Shown here: positions 47,038 through 59,200 of the stretch, piece after piece
Layout of the letters: the number at the start of each line of letters is the position of its first letter
Numbering within the stretch: the first letter of the stretch is position 1
From: Phoronis australis
Taxonomy: Eukaryota > Animalia > Phoronida
Direction of reading: 5' to 3'
Length of the DNA stretch: 64,000 bases
NCBI GenBank assembly: GCA_002633005.1
Contig: NMRA01000409.1
Location: forward strand, 1-64,000
Translations under genes and position numbers: made by a program
The notes under the pieces: generated by a model
The model's database searches: none
Told to the model about the DNA's origin: nothing
What the model saw: only the letters and a program-made list of their open reading frames with translations

Positions 47038-47152
47038 AGAATGTCGTCGATTTCCACGACATGTTTTTGACAGTTCTGGATGAGCCGTCTCGTGGACAAG
47101 ACAGTCTCGCTATATCTGACAACTGTGCATAGAGCCCGCTAGTTGGCAACAT
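47038..47152 (-). CDS. Candidate GARNL3 first coding exon (MLPTSGLYAQLSDIARLSCPRDGSSRTVKNMSWKSTTF)
   Basis: ATG-initiated open frame ending at a GTGAGT donor in phase 1, compatible with the 43478 acceptor; no homology support. Confidence 0.3.
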
Positions 47153-49111
47153 TTCGCTTCACCCTCTGCTCGAGACTTAAATCACTCTATTACCATTCTT
47201 GGGTTAGACTTCACAGTTTCACTATTTATCTGTGTTACATGTCTCATTAGATTTTATCTGTTTTGTCTTTTTCCCAATTTTTAATACATGTCTTACACAT
47301 TCGCTCTTTGGTTTCATGTCGTTTCGTGCTACCGTTCTGTAACAAGGAACGAACAACTTATCTCGTTGTACACAGGAAGTGAATCGCTCGACTCGCGCAG
47401 AATTCAACAAGAACAGGGTGGCGTTCTGGAGAGCAAAGTTTCTTGCAAGAAAAGCAAGATCATGCTAGTCTTCACGAGATATCGCTAAGCAATTCAGCCG
47501 AAGCACATGAGAAGTCTATCTTTATTCTCTGCATCCCCACGTGTTCTCGCGTCACTAGGTCTTCCTTCAAAGAGAACGCGAACTAACCGACAGTGTACAA
47601 TGTACGTCTCGCTTTCACGCAGTCAAGCAAGCAGAAGAACTTGTAAAATCACGAAGAACGTTTTCACTAAAAATTTGGGCGCCGAACGTACTCTTAAAAA
47701 AGACTTCTCTACATAAGAATAAATGATGAGCCAAATTCGGTGGTTTCAAATATACGAATGTTATTGATACCGTGGTTTTGCTATCGTTGTGCCTTAATGA
47801 AAGTGTGCCTTTCAACAATAACAGCAGATTGGCAACCGCTCAGTCAAACTTGATGTTTTTACATTAGAATTAATCTCAACTCAAGGAAAGTGCACTGTTG
47901 TGGAGACTAATCAAACAGTGCAAAACAAGGTAATGGCACGTTTGACATGGGAACAAAACATCTGTGAAGATAAATCGAGAGCCTTTAGTAATCAACACCA
48001 ATCGCCAAAAGGTAGACGTTTTACCCTCCACACCACCCGTGTCTAACAATACGTATCGTATCTTAAAGTGACTGTAAACCCGCCTAGTGGCAAAATAATT
48101 TTGACACTTACACTTGCAAAACTGGTCTTATTGTTTTCCATATCCAGATTACAACTGATATGGCCCATAACAGAAATCATTTCAGAAAAAACGTGGCGAT
48201 GAGTCAATTGACCAACATGACTCGAATCTATAGGACATTTTTAGGGCATATACAATGTAGGTCAAGTTGATCAACCATCTGGCCTCTCCGATTCGATTTT
48301 TGGAAGCAGAATATTATTTGATATGTGGTTTCGTCTTCTACATGTACGTCATTACGTCAGGCAATTAGTGATTGGTCTTTAACGCCTAGAAGCTGCATTC
48401 AGTTTGACTGAATACAATGTACGTCAACCAAAATTGGCTTCTGCATTTTGGCATTGTGCTAGACCCCATATCGCTAATGTTGTTGTTTTTGATCAGTAGT
48501 TCTGCATTGTAGTTGTATTAGATTCTTATATATTTCATACTAATAGCAAGCTAGCATGCTGACATGGAAGGGAGATTTTTATGAATATTTTTGTCAGGTT
48601 GTGTGTACCTTTGGAGACTCATTTCGGAAGTGCTGTTATCATACATTCCTAAAATCTTTATAGTTTTCTTCAGTTGCTATTTATGGATCTTTTTAGAATC
48701 AATTGCACAGACTATTAGTGAGACAAATAGCAACTTGTCATGAAATACGCAGCCAGATTATGACTCATGCAATGAGTGTTGGAATGTCGCGCACGTGTAG
48801 TAGGCTGCATGAATCAAGCCGATTAGCAAAGAATCGCCGAAGCACAGAAAACGTTGCCTCGCGAGAGTGTCTTACACATGTAACTTCTATGTGAAAGTAT
48901 CCCCCAATTAGGGAAGACACTAAACTCATCGAGTTTCGATAATCCTTTATTGGCGAGATCAGTCAAGCTAAGACATGCGTGAACTTGCTTGGACCACCTC
49001 GTTAAAGCTTCGACAATAGTAGTTCTGAGTATCACATTCAAGGTACCCCACAAAACTTGAATAACTTTCCTACTGTAAAAGCTTGGAGAGGTCTATAGTA
49101 CAAAACATTGT

Positions 49112-49370
49112 CATGCGCGCACCCAGCCTTTAATATCAGTGGCTCGAACATCTGACGATGTGAACCTTTCATTACCAAAAGCGGAAGCACTGAAAAACAG
49201 GGTAACACGTTCAGAGCCGTGAATTGTGTGTTACGCCTTTTTAGTGGACATTTGTTTCGTTTTCCCTGGACTTTTTGCTTCTCTCAGGCGGACTTTTTTG
49301 CCCAATTCGCCAAATTGGGGGCTCGTTCGAGCCCCTCGAGCTCCCCCCCCCCTCCCTCGGTGCGCGTATT
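49112..49370 (-). mobile_element. MITE family A copy, reverse orientation (TSD ATTGT/ACTGT)
   Basis: Reverse-complement similarity to other copies. Confidence 0.8.
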
Positions 49371-49460
49371 ACTGTAAGAGTACAAACTATCCCAAGTGCT
49401 CAAACTGAAAAAGCGCTGATCATTCGTGAACGCCTTCGAAGTACAAGCTGTCGTAGTTAT

Positions 49461-49698
49461 CATGCGCGCACCCAGGGGGCCCCCTCCCCCAAATTGGCGA
49501 AGTGGGCAAAAAGGTGCACCCCCGAGAAACAAAAAGTCCGAGGAAATGGGACAAAAATCCACTAAATAAGCACAAAGTCGTAATTCACAGAGGTGCTCCC
49601 GNTGTTTTTTTTAGTCCGCCCACTCTTTTGTTAGCGAATGGTCCACAACATCGGGAATTCGACCCCTCCGCCCATATCGAAGGCTGGATGCGCGCATG
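49461..49698 (+). mobile_element. MITE family A copy with perfect 5-bp TSD (GTTAT)
   Basis: GTTAT|CATGCGCGCACCCAG...CTGGATGCGCGCATG|GTTAT. Confidence 0.9.
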
Positions 49699-50978
49699 GT
49701 TATTCATGGGGACATAGTGGCTTTGAAACTGTATCAGCTATCAAACTACGATATTGAGTGCAGACTTTCGAAGCACAAATTGTCAGAGTATTATTAAAAC
49801 GCAATCAATTGCAGAAACGGTTTGTAAATTCTCCTAAGGGTTGGAAACACGGATCGTGAAAATGGCCGCGAAGAATGGGAAGACGGAGAAACTTGAGGCG
49901 ACTGGATCGCTCTCTCTCTCTCTGCTAGCCACGTACGAGATTGGACAGTGGCGATGACAGTGACGAGGGTTGCTTAGAGAGGCAATAGCGTTAAGATTGA
50001 CATAATGACGAGGTGACAAAAATTGTAACGTTGGGGCGGATGACTTTATATAAGAAATGGAGGTCACAGAACGGTGTAAGCAGCTCATCAAATGGAAGAC
50101 TCATACATGTATATGACGTAAGCGATTGTTGTCAATGCTGTCGTCTGCCAGTGATATCCTTAGATACATCTGCATGCAGGTACCGCTTCTAAACGTGTAC
50201 ATAAACTTGTCCGTAGTTTATGACGTTTTAAATTGTTTTGTAAACTACAACAATGCATGCTTGGGAAGTCTTGACGTACACTAGTAAGATTGCTGAACAG
50301 CGACTTGCGTAGCTCAGTAGCTCCGTAAATCATAGATTGTATCGACGCCTTGCGACTTCAACGAACAGCTAAGGTAGCGGAAGTGAGTGCAGATAACACT
50401 GTACCCTCTAACACAGCGCTACCTATGCTGAAAAGTGTCCCTGTGGAACATGATGAACGACACGCGGAGTTCCATGTGTGGGCATCAATGCGCATGCTTG
50501 GTCGGAAGTTTACCCATCGCATCGCCACCACTTGCATGCGGCCTTTATGCACTGAACTTGTTTGGGCTTAAGTCAAGGATTGGGGTTCGTTCCTTGATTT
50601 TGTTTACTTTGATCATTGTTCGTTTTAATAAATTGCAAGTACTGCATAAGTGAAAGGTGGTTGCCATACTACCTATATAGTAAACTGAAAGGGGTTTCTC
50701 AGATTTCAACCAATAGGAATCACTGAATATTATGACGTCGGTGAAGCCACGTTACATAGTCATAGCCATCATTCCACAGTGCTACATGTACCATTCGTAG
50801 CACTGTGAAAGAGTGTAATAACACTGTAGTTGAACGAGCTGAATCATCAAGTGTGAAAAGGCTACGGGATGTCATTACATTGATCGAAATCGTTGTAAGT
50901 TTTTGTTGAATGGAGAATTTTGTTGAAACACTAAGTCTGAATTAGTTGAAAAGCAATCTTAGTCAAACTGGTATAGTA

Positions 50979-51676
50979 CACAGGCGTCCTCAGCTTCTAA
51001 TCGTCCCCAATAAACTACATATAATACTACAAGGTATGACACTTCGGACTAGAAATTCCACGGGTGCTTCACTTTAGCCGTCCATAGCAAACACAAAACT
51101 CAATAAATTTACACGAAAAAGGGGTTCAACAAACCATGAAGAATTGTTCTTTCTCCCAATATCATTCACGGTGTCCTGTTCCGGCGACTTCGTAAGAAAT
51201 TCGCAGAACAAAAATGTTCACAAAAAGCCGCCACACACTTTCATCGTGGGCCGCTCGAGGTCAAGTACGGTACGGAAATTGCCGGTGAGTTACGGAAGTA
51301 CTCAATAGTTTTCTACTGACGGCTAAGTGTAGAGTTATCGACATCGTGACTTTACGCGACAAGCCGGCAATTTCCGTACCGTCCTTGACCTCGAGCGGCC
51401 CACGATGAAAGTGTGTGGCGGCTTTTTGTGAACATTTTTGTTCTTTGACTGCAAATTTCTTACGAAGTCGCCGGAACAGGACACCGTGAATGGTATTAGG
51501 AGAAAGAACATTTCTTCATGGTTTGTTGAACCCCTTTTTCGTGTAAATTTATTGAGTTTTGTGTTTGCTATGGACGGCTAAAGTGAAGCACCCGTGGAAT
51601 TTCTAGTCCGAAGTGTCATACCTTGTAGTATTACATGTAGTGTATTGGGGACGATCAGAAGCTGAGGACGCCTGTG
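50979..51676. mobile_element. Foldback non-autonomous DNA transposon, ~307-bp TIRs, 3-bp TSD (GTA)
   Basis: Arms 50979-51285 and 51364-51676 are near-perfect reverse complements (scattered substitutions, one 6-bp indel); CACAGGCG...CGCCTGTG termini; GTA on both sides. Confidence 0.93.
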
Positions 51677-52989
51677 GTACAGTAGTGATAAGCAAGAGCT
51701 AATATTTTACTTGCTGCAACTTCAATGTAGAGAAGAGCGACTGGCCCAACAGAATGTTTTCTAGACTTTTGCAAACTTGTCTTTTTCGGCTACCCCATAG
51801 ACATACATGTAAATAGTAACGAAGCAAGGGCATGCAAGCATGTAAAAAATATTAAATGAGTTGATTAACTAAGCTTGGTTAGATTTAGCTGCGTGTCAAC
51901 TGTTGACGGCTGCATAATTTGACCACCATTCAGAAAGTATTCTCGCAACAAATTTGTTGGTCTCTTTAAGTCACAGACATATTGAACGCGGTAATTAAAA
52001 GGCAGATGATGCGCAAATATTACCAGCCCATTTACACTTATTCAACACCGTTATCAAACAAGATATAGGTCAATTAGTGATAACCTTAAATGCAGGAGGA
52101 AATGTAAACGGTGTTGTTCACCAATCTTTAGTAGTTTCTGTTTCGAGATTAATCTGTTATTTACCAGACTATTAGTCATTAGACTGGGCCATTTGCAAGT
52201 AGTGTGGCTGAAAGAGTCAACACCGCAAATGACGAGCACCGAGAACTCGCGACATCATGTCGCACTGAGCAATGCTGGTTTCGAACATGGAAGATGCAGT
52301 TTGACTCTTGATTTAATCCATCGTAATATTTGAATATAAATTATGATTACTGACGCACATATATACCCACGCAGCAGTTAAATGCAATTAAATGCATCTG
52401 TGTATCTGTATCTGTCAACGGAAATAACAAACATATTTACACATTAGTTTTAATTACACGAATGATTCACAGAGTGCGTACAATGACTGGATATAGGAAC
52501 ATATACTCAGGGTCTCTACTTGTACAGAATTGATGCTTGAACTTTTACTTTACGCGGTAAGATGTAGATTTGTGGTGATGTGCTGTAAAATTTAGCTCGC
52601 TTGTCTCTAAGCCACAATCCCTCAAAACAAAACTGTTAATCTCGAGATGAGTTTTCTTGCCTGGACTGGTAGGTGGCACATCATCTAGCATTTAGTCAGG
52701 TTACTGGTCAAATGCTTGCAATGAACATCAAATTGCGCACGCAAACGCATGCGCATTCTTCAACCTTTGCAGGGGGTAGTCTAGTTACCAGACTGCATCA
52801 AAATGGCAAGTATTTGTCAAGTCATGAATCCAGAAAGAGAGCGTAATCACGTGGTGTTTGTCTTGTTGCGGGTGCTGTTATTTTTATGTTAAAATGTCAT
52901 TAAACAGCAATCCCGAATAACTACACAGCACTTGACAGGAATCGCCGTTGTAGTCGATTAATTACGACAAATTACTGAGGTCCTTCTTA

Positions 52990-53250
52990 GTCAAAATAAT
53001 CTTTGATTCAAAAATAAAGTTTAATGCAGGTAAGTTTAAAGAGAAACTTTCATACATGCTGCCAACTGCTAGAGCTAATTCCGTATGATGACAATTTAAA
53101 TTCGAAGTTAAAGATCTAAAATCCGTTGATACCTTTAAAAAGTCAACTAATTTTTTACACATAGCTTACTGCGCCTGCGCTTTGGTTGTTCTAAACTACT
53201 AATTGCACGCTCATCGATGGTGAAATTTACCATTAAATAAATTGCCTACA
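52990..53250 (+). mobile_element. Possible CR1/L2 LINE 3' end relic
   Basis: Decayed frame LPTARANSV**QFKFEVKDLKSVDTFKK resembles an ORF2 C-terminus (LP..RTN...SF.F...IK...S..xFK), followed by a TAAATAAA tail. Confidence 0.3.
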
Positions 53251-56200
53251 TCATTATAGTCATTAATTAACTTCTGTCAAAGTATAATTATCAAATGTCC
53301 AAACCGTGCGGGTGGAAAATTACCACGTGAGCTCGGGTTTCGTCAAAAGAAGTCATCACTACGCAAGGTGGTGTGGATGGTTGTGTTCTCGAGACAGTAT
53401 CCTTCGTCTTCGTTCACAGTGTAGGAATCCTGGGATGCGGATATACGGGGGAGTGGTTCAGGGGATGCAACCCCCCCTCGGGACAGGATCAAAATATGTT
53501 TTTTAAATCGCTAGAAAAACAAAATCAGCTCCTAAAAATCTTACACGGGAGGTAGGAAAACCCCTTCCCGCCCTTCCCTCGGCTCGGCGCTACGCGCCTC
53601 GGACTTGCACGAATCCAACCCCCACCCCCTTGCTCACACTGTAGTGCTGCCACTGGATAACAAATTCGTTTCACCCACATACTATTACACAGCATCCCCA
53701 AAAACGTTCTCACGCCCACACTATGGAGTTTGCTTCATAAAAAGTGACGTACATGTAAGATGTGGTCATTTGGTTTTACAGTCACAGATCACAGCCGCTG
53801 AAAAATTTCAAGCCGAGTTACTACGAGAGCATACATGTACATGTGACAGCTTGAATAGGTGATTTAAATTATCTCAATAACTATATGTATATAATAACAA
53901 TATGTATAGATTCTCAGAGACTTTGCACTTTTGCCCAAGTGAGATATATTTATTTTCCAGAAAAAGTAATGCAGAGCCAAAGACCACATTTCTAACTCAA
54001 ACCAAAAGTGACTTTTCGTAAAAAATACCCAAGGTTCGTCCGATCTGTCGCCATAGTTACACTGTTTGCAAAAACTAAAAGTCAGTCATGGGCAAATGGG
54101 TAAGATGGGTGCTATATCTGTTCAGATTACCTCGTACCATTACACCACTGCGTTAACAAAATATGACTTATATGGGTTATTTGCGACATAGTTTCGGGTA
54201 TCATCTTGATTTTTTACATTTACCGTATTCGCAAACAGTAAATGACTTACAACCGGAAATTCAGTGCCAGCTTATTTCACACCAAAACCACGTTTTTTCT
54301 GGAATCTGCCCTTTTCGTTCGCAATACATGAAAAGGTCACGTAAATGGAAGTCACCAATTAGGCGATGCGTAGAAGGTCACGTGACAGGAAGATCTCCCG
54401 TCATCTGGGCGTTCAGAAAACCATTATACAACAATATCACAAGAGGTCATCGAACAAGAGTTGTGCTAAACCATCTCACTGTAAATTTGAAACAGACACG
54501 AACAAATGACTTTGCTTTTGCTCTTGTGCTATAGTTTTTTTAAGAAGCACTTAGTAAAATTTCCGATGGGAGTTATTTGTTTTTTCTTGATAACAAATAA
54601 CATACTTCGTTCAGGGGAGAATTTTTCATAAGACGCTCTCAGCGTCTAATTTCTGCTTTTTGTAACGGAACTCGTGTCTTCGTCACGTAACAACTCTTGA
54701 ACGTATAATGTATCAAAACTCATTTGTACGGGCACTCCGAGGAGTTTCAAACAGTAATAAAAAATCGACCACTTTAATTAAGCGTGGTTGGCAATAATCA
54801 GTACATGTAGACTGCATATAGGGAAAAAGGCTAATGAGATGTATGTATCGGCGCTATCTTATCATATTAGAGGCCTCGCAAAACCATGACATCGTTTCTC
54901 CGCAGAGGGGCTATTCTGTTATCATGTTCACACAGCGGAATTCTCGTAATATCTGATATTGAGGTCATCTACATGTACTGCAAGTCCTTATCGACAAATC
55001 TATGCGTTTAGTCAAATATTTACAAAACTATAGAAATTAATTTTGCAAAAGTACACATTTTCTAACAGCAGAAAGGATCTTAAAATATATAGATTATGCG
55101 GATAACATACGCACTAGTTAATTAAAATTAGTAACACGACTTTTGATCTTTTTAGCGAAGTAAGCCAATTAGCAAAATATTCTTTCGAAGGAAAGTGGGT
55201 TCGCATGAATCACCCAGTTTATGCTGAATTTAGTAATACTACCACTCGTGGAGGGAGTGTAAATCTTTGCTCATTACGTACGAAGTTCAAAACTGTCCCC
55301 CCTGCTCAATTGACCTATCGCAAGCTCCGCCCCTTGCGCAATGTCGACAAACAATAACTTTTATCCGTCAACGTGTTTGTTGGGTAAAATGGCGGAGTGG
55401 AAATAAAGGTGTGTCAAGAACGCTGCTTTCTGATTGGTCGTAAATCCGTCACTCAAAATCCTGGCGATAGGTCAATTCTGCTAGCACTGCGTAAGGATTG
55501 TTTGTTTGTTATACCATTTTGAAATTCAAGTGCAGTCAGATGAGATTCAAGTACCACCTCATTGCAACAGCTGGCATCTAAGTTTCCTGAGCAAATCGAA
55601 TCATGACGTAGTCAACATGCAGCACAGGATTATTCTTTACTTGCTGAAAATATGTCGACGATAAATAACAACTCGGGCACATATGTTAACTAGCGTCGAA
55701 AATTTGTTTTCCTCTTGTGTGCTTGTGTTGATTTGCAAGAACAGCTAAACGCCAGCAGACCTCTTGTATGATCATAAATTCTTAATAGAGTCGCTCCATC
55801 AATCGATGAGCTGAGCATCCGCCAGCTAAGGTACGTATACTGAATTTGCAAACATCGCGCGTTATACATAAGGCCGAAATTTAGTTGGTTCTGGTCGGTA
55901 CACCGACCAATTTAGAGACTTGCGCTCAAAGATATCACAAGGGCACCTAAGCAACTGTAAACAAGGCGTTTGTTCAAGCGATGCGTAAAACAGCATCATT
56001 TTGCTCGTCTTAAGTACATATTGGTTTTGATTAACTGACCGACTTAAGAAATATCACGCCATGGACTCGATTTCCAAAAAACACACACCGGAACCCTCTA
56101 CGCTTTCTTGGTGAAATTACTCCAAGCGAACAGTAGCCTGTCATAAGAGTGGTAGTAAACAGTACGTGTCTATTAAAGTTTGAAGTTTCAAGAAGAATAA

Positions 56201-59200
56201 CACGGGCAACTCACCTTTGTGACTATTTTAAGGTCCTCTGTACAAAGGGGAAATACAGTACAAGCCAAAGTATTAGGAAAAAATTACCCAGAATTCCCAG
56301 TCATGACGGCTAGGCGGAAGTCGAATTCGTCACCAGAATACATGTATTCCCTCGTGACTGAGAATGAAGACGAATTAACAGGAAAGTTAGTACGATGGCT
56401 ACGCCATTCTGCATTTACAAAAAAAAGGTATTATCGGTAATTTTTTGTGCTAACAGAATGAACATGAAATTCCGCATTTGCTATAGGCCACTTCTTAGAA
56501 TTGTTCAGGCTCATTCGTAACATTCTTAGTTTACCACGAACGAGCAACGAGCAAAAACAAAGTTTCACAAACATAATGAAAGCCATATTCTCCCTCTATG
56601 CATGACATGTCTTTAGAGTTCTCGGTATCTCACGTAAATACACGCACCGTTGTTTAGGTTGACTCAGTGGAATTAGCTTACAATACATGTACCTCAGATA
56701 GATCAAAAATATTCAAAAATATTACGGCCACAATATGACATCTGTGTTCAGACTGCATGTACATGTATAAATAACATGGGGTTTACATCAAGCACGCTCG
56801 CTGCCGTAACGCCAAATTGGCGAAACACATACATGTACACCGTACATCACCATGGCAAGTTGGGAATGGACAACACACAATTTTTTTCTCAATGATTGGC
56901 TGTGGGTAATGTACCGCTTGCCTATACATGTAGATTAATGAAAGCCTTTCATTTTTGTCCCGCAAACTTGTACGCTCACTTGGAGGCTCACTTCAATGTT
57001 ACATGTAATTCATAGATTTTATAACAGATACAAGTAGCAGTAGTACACCTCATGTAGTAACACACAGCGCTTGCATTATCCCACAGATAACCTGTGCAGG
57101 TGCACATGTACATAAAAATCTAGTCATTTTTGCATTTTCCAAAAAAGGACCTTAACATGCATGTAGATGCCCTAGCAATTGCACAACAAAATTTAACCAA
57201 CTTTTAAGGATTTGCACTCAAAAGCCGACATATTTTGCATACAGTGTATAATTGTCCGTGGACCCGTTTTAGCACACCATAATTATCACATTGGCTGAAG
57301 CGATTGACGCTGCCATGATATCACGAAGCTGGAGAGGTGCGTGTCGGTTGATTTCATTCCAATTGTTTTGGTTGAAAAATGAACCTGTGTTCTGTGGCAC
57401 ATCGCTGCATCCATTTAGCAGATGTTTTCCACAAGATAAACCGCACCGCAAGTCTTGCGAACGTTTACGTGCTGATGTGACCGGATGTTGACAGTCCCAA
57501 ATGCGGGCATTAAACTGGTAGAATGACGTAACATCCGATCTTGTCTCTCATGTAAGGCGCTGTGGTGAAAAGGCAATGTTTGTTGCTCTGGAGAATAGTT
57601 CTACAGTAATTATTGACATTTAGACTATTCACTGCACTCTCGATTAACACTGCTCTTATACTCTGCAGCGCACTTCAGTATAAAACTCAGGTTCAAAAAA
57701 CGGCACATTTCTCATCTCTGAGTTCTAGTCCACTACAGGGCAGTCACTATAAGCACTTTTATTAAAGGAAACGGAAGTCAATCCTATATGGCCAGAAGGT
57801 AACAACAGACAAAGTGATGATACGCTAATGACGTCAAGATTCTCAATTTCCCATGGTGAAACGATTTTCTTCACAACTATCAAGACTTACATGTTCATAA
57901 TTATAAAATGACAAAAAATATTGAGACTTACATCTTCATAGTTATGAAATGACGGAAAGGACGAAACGCTGCAATAGCTAATTCGTGGTGTTGCCGTTAT
58001 TTTTTGTGTTTATCGGTTATACGAATACATTGGTACATTAACTACCCAGCCAACACCTCGCCAATAATAAGACTCAGTCATGCCGACAGCTTTGCTATCC
58101 AGTACGTACGGTAATCTTGTTCTATGTACAACATAATTCAGACTCTATAATTACTGATCAGTCAAAAAATACAAAATCGCTTGATCTTTTCAGCTTAAAT
58201 AGACGAGGAGCATGAAAAACAAGACTGTTGTTGAGCGCATACAGAGGGCACTGTTGCTAAAGAGATAGCCTTTTGTCAGTTCAAACACTATTTTAAAATT
58301 AAACGTCTATACTTGCACGATCATTAACATCACGTGAACATTACAAAATGTTGAAATTTATCAATTAATAAATCCTGCAGTGTGTTTTATGGCCATTAAC
58401 TAACGCTAATTAAGATATAGTGGTCAAATTCTACAATTAAAAGCGAGTGATACGTGTCACGTGATCTCCGTGTACGTCACATGGAGACAAATATGGACTC
58501 GTCGGGTAGTAGACCTCAATATGTTCGTTAGCGTATATTGTACGTTATCAGTCGCGGTGACTTCATCTGAACGTAGACTTTAGGGTTTGAGTTAGTACCG
58601 CCCCATTGTCAAAATCTTTCAATGACAGAGGCGTTTCGTCCAAGAATCGTGCATACTCATTCAAAATGTTCGCATTTACACTGTCTGTGTCTACTGGTGA
58701 CGTACACGTCTGATGTATCTTACTTCAGCGAGTCAAGACTCGTAAAAACACTACGGAAAGAAATCCGTTTGAAACTTTAAACAATTTTTGTTCGGTTTAG
58801 TTGCGATGTAGTTTCAATATTTAACATACATACATTTTTGTGCAGCAAAGGTTGTATAATTTGAAATTAACACTTCAATATTCACATGGTACTGATGCCT
58901 GGATTAACACAGCGATCTTAGTTGGAAGCAATGACATTTCCGATAATAAGCCGATATACACCTAAACAGGATCAAACGTGTTAAAATCTGTGAAGACTAG
59001 GAACACGCGAGTTTCCATTTTAATCGAAGATATCAGTTATTAAGTGGGCACGGGTGTTAAATTACGAGTAGAGGTCTATGTGACTTATCTGTAAAGTTGA
59101 TAAGGCCTAACACTGTTTTGACGATCGTTTTTACTTCTGTGCTGTTTGAAAATATTGTACGATTAGCCTCACTTGACCAGCTTAGCTACGTCGGTACTGG

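Noticed and set aside
49935-50120. ATTGG, GGGGCGGA, TATATAAG and TGACGTAA cluster resembling a promoter
   Set aside because: Short motifs with odd spacing and no linked exon; cannot be supported without TSS data.
53430-53640. GC-rich stretch (a similar one lies at ~59198-59340)
   Set aside because: Probably degenerate relatives of the GGCGGAT-terminus MITE; ends and TSDs cannot be defined.
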